This document shows, one piece after another, positions 11,590 to 23,000 of a DNA stretch of 64,000 bases. Every line of letters begins with the position of its first letter. Positions within the stretch are counted from its first letter, which is position 1. The notes below the pieces were generated by a model. The model was not told the origin of the DNA and did not search any database. It saw only the letters and a list, made by a program, of their open reading frames with translations. The position numbers and the translations under genes are program-made. The DNA is from Stegostoma tigrinum (lineage: Eukaryota), in contig NC_081391.1 in assembly GCF_030684315.1 (NCBI RefSeq), forward strand, positions 13,493,342-13,557,341, read 5' to 3'.

Positions 11590-11782
11590 TGCACAGGAGG
11601 TCAAAGGTCATTCAGCAATTCCATCATCCACCAGTTGTCAATTCTGGTTTCTGGATCCAATTCCCATCCTGCACTGATTGGACGTGGCAACTGATCAATT
11701 GATTAACAAGAGTGATTGGCCATCACTGATGATGTCATTTCCTGCTCAAAAAATGAGGGTCTTCTCCTGGAGTATAAATAGA
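11590..11782 (+). promoter_or_regulatory. Promoter of ferritin copy 3
   Basis: AGGTCAAAGGTCA 11598-11610; ATTGG at 11677 and 11715; ACGTGGCA at 11682; TGATGTCATTTCCTG 11730-11744; TATAAATA at 11773. The block is conserved ahead of 7 copies. Confidence 0.75.
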
Positions 11783-11875
11783 GCCCAATGGCATTGCTAT
11801 TTTAGGTGTAGCTGATTTTCTTTCTATATTTATAATTTGGTTTTGTTGGATAAGGAAAGTTGTTTCTATCACAAA

Positions 11876-14800
11876 ATGGCCTCCCAGATCAGTCAGAACT
11901 ATCACCAGGATTGTGAAGCTGCTGTCAACAAGCAGATTAATGTGGAGCTCACTGCCTCCTATCTCTATCAGTCTTTGGTGAGTGCTGTCCCTGTGGGGTT
12001 GGAGTTACTTCTGTTATGAAGTGAACTGTTTTTTTTTTAAAACAAACTAGATTAATACTCTTGTATAATAAAATGTGAGGCTGGATGAACACAGCAGGCC
12101 AAGCAGCATCTCAGGAGCACACGTTTAGCTTTTGTGCTCCTGAGATGCTGCTTGGCCTGCTGTGTTCATCCAGCCTCACATTTTATTATCTTGGAATTCT
12201 CCAGCATCTGCAGTTCCCATTATCTTTAACACTCTTGTAGACTTGTTTGTTTTTTTTTGTATCTCTCTTAGCTATTTCTTGATTCAGCGTAAATGTGGTG
12301 ACAATGGGATATGATACTGATATGCAGCAACTGAGGCCCCAGTTGTCTCAATGATATATGGAGGGTGAAGCATCTTGTGATTTATCTTACAATTCCTTTT
12401 AGGGCTGTGATTGCCTATAACTGGCTGTGGCTCTCCATAATTTTCTAAACTACTGTCAAGCTTTGATCCAGATAACCATTGGCTAACTACCTTTTTAAAT
12501 CTGCCTTGATGTATCTGCTTTAATTTTGTGCATGTAAATAAACAAACATACTGGTTTTGGTATTTACAATAAGGTGTTGTAGTAATTTGACAAATCAGAT
12601 TTTTTTAAGCTGAACTGAAGTCCTTGAGGTAAGACAAGCTGCTCCCTGCTTAAGTAGGTCTCCGATATTATTTTGGCTTTCTGTGCTCTATATCATGAAG
12701 TGGGTTTGATCCATCACTTCACAACCTATAGAAAGTTGACTTGTTATAGGTGCCTGCCCCCCCCGAACCCCCCCCGCCCCCAAAAGGGGGCTGCTGGAAC
12801 ATGCTGAGGCTATTGACCCAGAGGTGAAGAAATAAATGTTCTTCCTTTACCATTTAACCAGATAAAGAAACAAACTGGCTCCTCCCACCATGTGGTGGTG
12901 CCCCTGTGCCCTTCCAAGGAGTAGAATGTGTTCAGAAGGTGTTGAGGTCCCCTTGGTGAGTGCTGCAGGGGACCTGGTAGATAATGGACCCTGAAAGGAG
13001 GTGGTGAATGCAGTCCCCACGAAGCAGGCTGCTCTGTCCTGGATGGTGTCTGCTTCTTGCACGTTGCAGCTCCACTTTTCTCCAGACACATGGAGAATAT
13101 TCATCACTCTCTGGGCTTGTGCCTATTGGAAGGAAGTCCTATCTAGGGACATGAGGATAAAGTCCCTATAACTACCTTTTTGGGAGGTGGGAATAGCTTT
13201 AACTAGTGAACCAATTGTTGGGTTTTAGTCACTGACCACTGTCCCAACTCAATAGGGAATCTTGTGTGCTGATAATAAAATCCCCACTATTCTTCACCTT
13301 CTACAACTTAACTACCCAATTAAACCACTTTTTTAACTTTTAGTTTGTATTTGAGGATTAAACTAACTTCTCACCAGGATTCTACCAAAGAACAACTTCT
13401 TCTTTTGATGTCAATAGACTGTTCCTAATCAGCAGTAACTTGTTGGATTGTGAATCTCAGTTGAAAAGTGAGTGAAATGAGTGGGGAAAACAATAGTTTA
13501 GCCTCTTGGAATAAGCTAAATTGAGCTCTCCAGCTTTGAACAAGTCAACAATCTATAGGTCACACAGTCCTGCAGATACCATTAGGTCTCCTGAACATTT
13601 GATCTTGTTTCAGTTGTGAATTTTAATGCTTTGCTTTGCAAGCTTCTGGCAACCTGAGTGCATGGCATAAACAAATGTGATAAACTATTGCTGCAACAAG
13701 CCAAAGGCTGTCACTGGGCAGGCTCTCCTTTAGCACCAAGATTCTCCTAATCGCCCTCATTCTCCTGCATACTGCAAACAGCATCTCTTGTAGAGCTGCT
13801 TTATGTAAAAAAAAAAAACAGTACATCTGATCCAATTGGTTGCAGAAGACCTGTACCGACCAGCTATATTAATGTCCAGCATCTGCATGTTACTCGAGCA
13901 CCAGGGGAGACATGTAATGACTTGAAGTTGCCTGACCCTGTGCACATCCTGCATTCCAGCTCCTGGCACTTGTTTAAACCCTATTCAGTTACCACTTCCA
14001 TCCATTTCTGGAGGCTAGATGGTAGAAATGTGCTTTCAGCTTTTCTCTCCAGGCTGTGCCAGACACCCCCCCCCAAACAATTCAGCAGGGTTTACAAACC
14101 AAAACACTGAATTTGCATCTTACGTGGAAGAAGCTGGGGTTGTTTGGTTTCCTCCAATTAAAGGAGCTGCTGGCTAATTTTGCAACACCATTAGTGAACA
14201 TTGTAAGGTGTCAACAATTTTCAGCTGATTGAATCATTAGTTTGCTTTAGACTAAACCAGTCCTCCAGTTCTGAGCATGAGAAATGGGGTCAATGATGTG
14301 TTTAATGGGCTTTAACATGTTATCTCCCTTCTAGATGTCCTACTTTGACCGGGATGATGTTGCCCTCACCCATGTCTCCCGGTTCTTCAAAGATCAGTCC
14401 CAGGAGAAGCAGGAACATGCAGAGAAGCTGCTGAAATTCCAGAATCGGCGTGGAGGCAGAGTCCTCCTCCAGGATGTGAAGGTTGGAGTTTGGGAGGGGG
14501 GCATGGTGTGGTGTGCAGGAATGGTAGCTCATGGTGTTTTCTGTTAGTAGTGACAAGATTTTCATGTGGTAAAGGATGTGAAGGTTGGAGTTGGAGAAGG
14601 CAGGCAGTGGGGAGGAGATGTGAGAAATGGCTGCTTATGGTGTGGTTTCATGTCCTGAAAGAAAGTGAAAACTGTTTTGTTTGGCTCCCCTCCTTTTGAT
14701 GAAAAGGAAAGAAATCCTAGAAACAAGCCTCTTGGCTCCCCTCCACCTGCTGCTTTCCCCCCCCACCCACCCCCCCCCCACCACCATGCTGACCCGATAA

Positions 14801-16729
14801 ACACCAAACCACATTAATCCCATTTACTGCACTTGGTCTACAGCCCCCATGGCATTGGTAGTTGTCTAGAAGCTGCTTAAATATTGCAGCAGGAGATGCC
14901 TCCCCCACTGCCCCACCCCCCCCCCATATTATTTTTCCACTACCCTCTCGGCAAAGGATTCCTCTAACCTGCTTACTCCTCACATCAGTGCCCTCTGGTC
15001 TTAATGTCTCTTTCTCCCCACCCCCTCATAGCAGACACTCCCCATCTACTATCAAGACTCCACACTAATCAAATGCCATCACATAAACATCTCAACTGAC
15101 TTCACTCTGAGGATTGGAGTGAGAAATCTGATCTCTCCTTTTAATGGATTTTTCAGTCTTGGGGCAACATCCTGGTGACCCTTCCAGTGCCATTGTGGCT
15201 CTGGTCACCACACAGTATTCCACCTTTGCATGGCCAATGCTGCAAAGTTTGTGACAAGACTGGAGTCCCTGTACTGCGCCCCAAGAAATGGGGAAGGGCA
15301 TTGTGGAAGCCAACTTCCCCATCCTGTCTACACTTATGGATCCTTGAAATATCTCTAGTCTTGTTCTCTTGGTTCCTTTTATTGTCAACATATTGCTGTC
15401 CCTTCAATGAATTAAATAGTAGTGATGCTTTTGATCATTCAGGTCAGTCCTATATGAAGCCATAAGCACAAGTGGGACTTCAACCTGGGCCTATGCTCCA
15501 AACCTAGGGACAGTACCACTGCATTACGAGCCCTGGGATTAAGTTGTGAATATCCTCCTTGGGATGCCATCAGATGGGCACTGACAATTCTGTGCAAACA
15601 TAACTCTTATCCCCACTATGACCTGGTTGTGAATTGACTTTCCTTTCGGAAGAAGCAAATAGGGCTAGGTGAAAGCAATTCCTTAAATAACTGATCTGTT
15701 CTTCCTAAGGACTTCAGGGATGGCGGTGGTTAGCACAACTGCATCAGTGCTTGGGGCACAAGCTTAATTCTGGAGTTGACATGTTCACCGCATCTCTACA
15801 TAGGCTTCCTCCCACAGTCCAAAGATGTGCAGGGTAGGATAGGCCATGAAAAATGCAGGATTACATGGCTGGGGCTAGGACCAGGTTGGATGCTCTTCAG
15901 ATGGTCATGAGTGGGCAGAATGGCCTGATGCATGCTGCAGGGATGTTGTTTCTGAGGCTTACCTGTCCTTCTTTCCATCCTCAGAAGCCAGAGAGGGATG
16001 AGTGGGGTAACAGTCTGCAGGCGCTGCAGGTTGCCCTGGATCTGGAGAAGAATGTGAACCAGAGTTTGCTGGATCTACACCAACTCTCCACAGCCCAGAC
16101 TGACCCTCATGTAAGCTTCACCACCTCCTCATTCTCATCACTGCTAGACCCTCAGGGCAACACTTCATTGGTTGGTCTGTGTGGATTGGAAATTCACAGG
16201 TGTGCACTGATCACTTTGGGTCCATGCTGCTGAGCAGTTGTTACATGGTGATCAGTAATGAAGTGAAATGGGAGTTTGGAAGGCAATCCATTGGGAGTGA
16301 TGAAGTGATATTGGCCATTGAATTCCCATTCTCACTTGGGAGCATTACAGTGGAATGATCATTGTCCATCACCATCCAACTCAGCTACACTTCACAAACA
16401 GCAAGATGGAGCAGCTGACATCCTATTGTCTTCACTGGCACAGATTTTCCAGGTGTTAGCTAAATTTTCAGGGCTGTCTGGAACTAGTATGGTAAAGCCT
16501 GTTTTTCAGTGGGAATTCTGAAATTGTCTTGGATAGTGTTAATGCACCCAGTTGTCATATTCCTCTGTTGCAGCTGTGTGACTTCCTGGAGACTCACTAT
16601 TTGGATGAGGAGGTGGAGATCATCAAGCAACTTGGGGACAACATCACCAACCTGAAGCGCCTGGGAGCCCCTGAGAATGGGATGGGAGAGTACCTGTTTG
16701 ACAGGCTCTCCCTGGAGGACAGCAGTTAG
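11876..16729 (+). CDS. Ferritin subunit, copy 3, intact 176 aa: exons 11876-11977, 14335-14481, 15985-16110, 16574-16729
   Basis: [34 protein letters not shown] plus exons 2-4 in frame; GT-AG introns; TATA at 11773; AATAAA at 16857-16862. Confidence 0.93.
12065..12225. mobile_element. Short Penelope-terminus element with a perfect 57-bp inverted repeat, intron 1 of copy 3
   Basis: Arms 12065-12121 and 12133-12189 are exact reverse complements; flanking duplication ttaa(t/c)actcttgta at 12052-12065 and 12226-12239. Confidence 0.7.
15717..15860 (+). mobile_element. Decayed HE1-like SINE, intron 2 of copy 3
   Basis: gtggttagcac...cctcccacagtccaaagatgtgcagg. Confidence 0.55.
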
Positions 16730-18319
16730 TGTGGCCTGGAGTACTGTCTGCTTGGTCTGAATGCATTCCCCACTTCACCCTGGACAACCTGTCTCCTTCC
16801 AAGGAGAAGGGACTTGGAGCAAAGAATGTAATGGCTGTACCAGCTAAATGGAAATGAATAAAATCATGTATTGATCTTGCTTATTGTCCATCATTCAGAG
16901 CTCTGAATACTTTGGGTGATAGCTCTTGCTTGAAGCCAATTCGTTTTCTGTCATTTGATTGGTCCAATTTCTAATTGGATTAGGCAACCCTTCACAGAAT
17001 AGCTCACTATCCCCACATTAGAATGTAACTCGATGGAGTGTTTTTTTTTTTGGTTAGTCCTGTGGAAATTGAAGGTGTTTCTCCTCCAAATAGGATAAGG
17101 TTGGGATTTGTCAATTGTGGCATTCTCCCTCTTCTAGAGGACAATTAGTGCGCTTCTGGATATGGTGGGTTCAACTGTAGCTCAAAGAAATTGTCTTCCT
17201 CTGGTGACAGGAAGTTCCCACACCTTCTAAATAGACTTCTCTACCCAGCCTGATAGAATTTGGGATAGTGGTGTTCAATTGCACATTTCCCTTAATCTCT
17301 TCCCCGCCTCAGCCATCCTGCGTACTCAATTATTGCCTGAATGATGACAGCAACACAAAGTGAAGACAGCCCTTTATCTACTGACCCAGCTGCCTGATCA
17401 CAAAGGTCTAAAGGAAGAGGCCCAGCAGGCTCTGATTTCAATCCAGCTGGCGGAAGCAGCAGAGGTGTGAAACAATCTCGACTGCCTGGTATATCTCTTT
17501 TTTTTTTCCCCCCATTGGGCCCTACCCTGACCAATAAACACTATATTCTCAGTATTGTTACTTTTGGTTTCACCATCCCAAACTGTGGCTGGCGCTCTTT
17601 CTCTTCCGCTTCTCCTCACTTCTCTCACCCCGCCCTCCCCCCACCCAACCTTTTCTATCCACGTGCCCCCACCAGCCTAAACATTCACCACAGCCCCTTT
17701 CCCTGGGAGTCAGCTCCAGACGTTCACCTGAACTGTACTGGATTATAATGCAGGGCCTCATTGCTGCTTACAGCAGGATAACAGGGACCTGGGAAGAACA
17801 CAGCAATGCACCTGGTTAAATGCTGCTGTTTGATTGGCTCTTGTTGCTAATGCCAGCATTGAGCACACTAAGCTGCTCCTTTGGTTCCTCTGAGCTTTCC
17901 CCCATGGTGAACATTACTCCTGATGCAGGTTGATTGGGTGATATCACATTGAAGGAGCAAAGTGGCTCGGAGGAGACATGGAGATGCTGACTTTCCTTTA
18001 CGGCTGCTTCTTTTATCTTTCAAGGTGTCAGAGATCATGGGTTCATGAGGGGGCTATCAGAGACATCCTGAGGATTGTTCCAGGGAGTTTTGTAGCGAGT
18101 GCACACTGCAGCCTTCATCGAGGTTGGCTGGGGTGGGGGGGGGGTGCTGCAGAGTCAAAAGGCACTCAACATATTTGTTCCACCACATAAAGCAATTTAT
18201 TTTTGGTGACAATAAGTCTTGGCTACAGTAACCCTCAAGTGCAGGAAGGGACCATTAGGCCCATTAAATCTGCATCGACCTTCTGAACAGCATCCTCCTT
18301 AGACCCAACCCCTTTGCCT

Positions 18320-18490
18320 TAACTCCACATTTCCCACGGCTAATCGACCTAGCCTGCAGGCCCCTGCTCACGATCGACAATCTGCAAATCGTTGGGCTGT
18401 GTGAGGAAACTCAAGCACCTGGAGGAAATCCACGCAGTCCATCACCCAGGGGGAGAATCGAACCTGGGTCCCTGGCACTGAGGCGCCAAA
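18320..18490 (-). mobile_element. Decayed HE1-like SINE
   Basis: gaggaaactcaagcacctggaggaaatccacgcag...gaatcgaacctgggtccctggcactgaggc; paralogous copy at ~53360-53538. Confidence 0.6.
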
Positions 18491-19774
18491 ACATTCTAAA
18501 GTACCAAAGGAAAGGAATACACTGCGGCAAACTACGCCATGGGAATAGACTCTGCAGCGCAGCCCGAACTTGCAGACCAGGTTTTCATAAACTGTGTAGT
18601 GCCATTTGCCTACGTTTGGCCCATCTTTCTCTAAACCGTTCCTTTCCATGTAAATCTCCAAATGTCACTTAAATGTTGTAATTCTATCCACCTCGACCAC
18701 TTCCTCTGGCAGCTCGTTCCATACACGCACCACCCTCTGTGTGACAATGTTGTCACTCACGCCCCTTTTAAATCTTGCCGCTCTCCCCTCAAACCGGTGC
18801 CCTCTAGTTTTGGACTCCCCTACCCTGTCCCAGCATGCTTTTTATATACAGTCAATCTTGAGTGTGCCAATGGCAAGGCTACATTTAGTGCTCAGCAACT
18901 GTTACACTTCAGGAGGTGGTGATGAGCTGCTTATTACAGTCCACCTGGTGTCGGAGAGACCGGAATGATGCTGCTGCTGCTGCTGTTGCTGAGGAGGGGC
19001 TCCTGGGATTTTCATTCACAAACAGGGATATTGTTCCAAGTCAGGATGGTGACAGAGTTACATGGAGCTGCTTGAGTGTCGTTGGTGCTGCCTCCAGCAA
19101 GAACATTGTAAACTATTCCAGCACTACTCCCAATTTCAGCCTTATTGAGGGTGGGCAGGTTTTGGAAACTCAGGAGTTGAGTACTTCCTGACAGAATTCC
19201 CAGCATCTGAATTCCCAGTTTCTGAGCTGTACCATCTAGAGAACGCAATGTAAACAGAACCAGAAATTCTTCACTTGGAAACATGCTGGGGTGAATCACT
19301 AGTTCTACTTCAAACAACGAAAAACGAAACTTGGAGACAGAAATGTTCAACGTGCAATACATTTCTAGCAGCAACTGAAACATAGAGGCCTGAGGCCTAC
19401 TGTGTAGAAGAGGCACTCAGCACATTTAGCGTTTTGCTTTTCAAACTGGGCTTCAAGGTCAAGGTCAGGGAGATCACATCAGATGCAGATTGGACCCACA
19501 AAGTACATCAGTTGCCTGTTTTAGATGATCCAAAAGCACATTATTTGTGTTGCTGCACAGAAATAGGAAAATGTTCTGATCAACCAAATCGAGCCATTTT
19601 TCAAAGAGCTCCAACACCAACGTTCAAAAATTATGACGACTAATCCCTCAGAATAGCAATCCGACAGAATTCTGCAAATCTGTGATGAATGTGTCTTAAC
19701 GCACAACCTCAGATACAGACGTGAAGTTTTAGAGTATATTTTATTCTCATTTTCAGGGAGATGTCCTTCCAGAA

Positions 19775-19980
19775 TTTGCACTTGTGCGGGAGGTCAAAGG
19801 TCATTTCAGCAATTTCATCATCAACCAGTTGTCAATTCTGATTGGTTTTTTGACCCGATTCCCATCCTGCACTGATTGGATGTGGCAGCTGATCAATTGA
19901 TTAACAAGAGTGTTTGGCCATCACTGATGATCTCATTTCCTGCTTCATAAAATGAGTGTTGGCTCCTGGAGTATAAATAG
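19775..19980 (+). promoter_or_regulatory. Promoter of ferritin copy 4
   Basis: Same conserved block; DR1 at 19791-19803; TATAAATA at 19972. Confidence 0.75.
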
Positions 19981-20065
19981 AGTCCCAGGGCAGGGATGTT
20001 TACTGTTGCTTTTAGCTGTGTCATTTTTCTGGGGTGGAAAATAAAGCAAGTGTTTCCTTTATAAG

Positions 20066-23000
20066 ATGGCCTCCCAGATCAGTCAGAACTATCACCAGGA
20101 TTGTGAAGCTGCTGTCAACAAGCAGATTAATGTGGAGCTCACTGCCTCCTATCTCTATCAGTCTTTGGTGAGTGGTGTCTCTGTTGGGTGAAACATACTT
20201 CTGTTCTGTTGAAGTGAACTCTTCCCCTTGGATGTAATTAAGTTGTCTATCTTATAGACTGAGTTTTGTGGCTCCTCCCTCTTTCTCAATGCAGGATGAG
20301 TGTGATGTTACTGTAACAATAGTTTGGTGTCTAATGTTACTCTAACTTGGGTCCCAGTTGGTTGTCAGTGAGATGTGGAGGGTGGAGTGTTCTTGTAGTT
20401 ACTTGCCTGTCCCATGATGGTGCTGTGACTGGTGGTAATTATAGCTTCCTGTGGCTGTTTGAAACTTGAGGGAACAAAATTAAAAATGAATTGGGACTCA
20501 CCATTGTGGGAATGGAAGCACCATCAGCTAGTCACTGCTTTTCTTGTATCCTTGTTTCTATTTGAATCTTGTGGGGATCTGAAGTAAACCTGCCAATTGT
20601 GACTGAGAATCTTGGTTTCCTATTGCAATCAGCTTAGAATAGGCTTGTTCTAGCCCTACAGTGATGGGCCGAGAGGTGGCAAATGGAGTTTAATGCAGAC
20701 AAGTGTGAGCTGATGCACTTTGGTAGGAGTAACCGGAAGGCAAAGTACAGGGCTAATGGTAAGATTCTTGGTAGTGTAGATGAGCAGAGAGATCTGTGTC
20801 GATAGGTAGACACGGATTGTTGAAAGTTGCCACCCAGGTTGACAGGGCAATTAAGGCAGTGTTTTGTCTTTTATTAAGAGGATTGAGTTCTGGAACCAAG
20901 AGGTTATGGTGAAGCTATCCAAAAACTCTGGTGCATACAGTTCTGGTCACTGCATTATAAGGATGTGAAGCTTTGGAAAGGGTGTAGAGGAGATCTGCTA
21001 GGATGTTTCCTGGTATGGAAGGAACATCTTATGAGGAAAGGCTGAGGGACTTGAGGCTCTCTTCATTAGAGAGAAGAAGGTTGAGAGGTGACTTAATTGA
21101 AACATATAAAATAATCAGAGGGCTAGTTCGGGTGGATAGGGAGAGCCTTTTACCTAGATGGTGATGGTGAGCATGAGGTGGGGTAGCTTTAAATTGAGGG
21201 CTGATAAATATAGGACAGATGTCAGAGGTAGTTTCTTTACTCAGTAAGGGAATGCAATGCTTTGCCTGTGACAGTAGTAGATTTGCCCACTTTAGGTACA
21301 CTTACGTCATCATTGGATAAGCAAATGGGCGTACATGGAATAGTGTAGGTTAGATGGGCTTGAGATCAGTATGACAAGTCGGCACAACATCAAGGGCTGA
21401 AGGGCCTGCACTTGGCTGTTATGTTCTATGCTCAGATCAAACTGGGTGAGGTTGTGACTCTTATCTGATTAAGCAGATCTCCATTTGAAATCTACCTTGC
21501 TTTTCTTCATACTCATGAGGTGGGTGTGGGCTGTCTGTATGTCAAGTGTTGGAGCTTTTCAAAGGCACAGCACTGCCATGGGGCTGAGAATGTACTGACC
21601 CAGTGACTTTGGTTAAAAAGTTTATGCCCATTGTATTTGGCCTGATTGTAAACTAACTGGACCCTCTTTCCCCAGGTGGGGTGCTTGTGCCCTTCCAAGG
21701 GGTAGAAGGTGTTTACGTAACCTTGGTGTTTGTTGCAGGGTGCTCTCTGGGCTTGTCCCTGTCAGCAGGAAGTCCCCCTCCTGATGAGGATCAAGCCCCT
21801 GTCAGCCCCAGTTTGGGAGGGGGAACAGCTTTCATTGAGCCAGCAGTTGGGTTTTAATCACTGACCCATTGTCCCAACACACCTTGTAAGCATGTGCCAG
21901 GAATGAAATCCTTACTATTCTACATCTTCTAACTGCACATTTAAATCGCAAAGATAAATTGTGCTTGTGTTTGCATTTGAGAATTGAAGCAACTTTTTTC
22001 AGCAGGATTTGTAAGAATGTGCTTGTTACTGGCTGCTTCCAATAGCAGACCTGCTAAACCTCAATACATTGAATTGTGAACATCCTGGTTTAGAAATCTA
22101 CAGGACTTTGCCTGTTGGATTAAGTCAACAGTGGTTTTTCCAGGTTAATGAGGGATCTTGTCTGGAGAGTAGTTGATCTGCAGATCACTGTCATATTTGT
22201 CATGTGATCAGTTTGTTTTGTCAGTCTTTGTTTCATGTGTAATGGTACAAGTTGCTAGCAGTCTGAGTCAGTGCAGCTGTTTTAGATGCAACAATAAACT
22301 GTTGCAGTAACAACCCAAAGGCTGTCCTTAGGCAGGCTTTCCTTGGCAGATTCTTGGAGCTAACATCCTTCATTCATCTCCTCATGCCCCCCCAGCCACC
22401 CCAATACTGCAGTTCTTGTCAAACTAATAGATACAGTGCATCCAATTGCATTGATCCTGACTCAGCAGAAAATGTGCTTCTTCCAAGCTGTTAATTGCAG
22501 TGTCTAGGATCTGTTTTCTGGTCTTTGCCAAAGCAGCAATACAGTGCCCTGCAGCTGTTCTATTGGTGTACATCCTGCACTCCAGCCCCTGGCATTTCTT
22601 GAAACCCGATTCAATCAAAGATTTATCCCATTTCTGGTGGAGGTTAATCAGTAAAAACATCAATTCACACTTGTTCTCACCAAATGCTGTGCCAGACCCT
22701 CCTGGGCAATTTGCCTGGAGTTTCAAACCAAAATAAAACACATGGTATTTACAACTTACTGGAGGAAGCTGGGATTGTTTTGATTTTTCCAATTCAACAG
22801 CAACTGCTCAAAACTGGGTTCTGAATTGTTAATGCATCAGGTACTTAACAGCTTATTGTCAGTTTGATTTTGAGAATGCTCAAGTAGCCCTGTAGTTCTG
22901 AACTGAAATTGGCCCATGACTTGTTAATGGACTTTACCTTGTTCTCCCTTCCAGATGTCCTACTTTGACCGGGACGATGTTGCCCTTCCCCATTTTTCCC

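Noticed and set aside
11625-11645. c-cagttg-tc motif in the promoter as a displaced IRE
   Set aside because: It lies upstream of the TATA box, the loop is CAGTTG not CAGTG, and there is no 5-bp stem with a C bulge.
18662-19416. Recurrent ORFs such as MVMSCLLQSTWCRRDRNDAAA (also at 27080, 36237, 53968) as a second gene family
   Set aside because: They recur only because the unit is duplicated. Frames and stops differ among copies, no splice structure is evident, and part resembles decayed LINE sequence.
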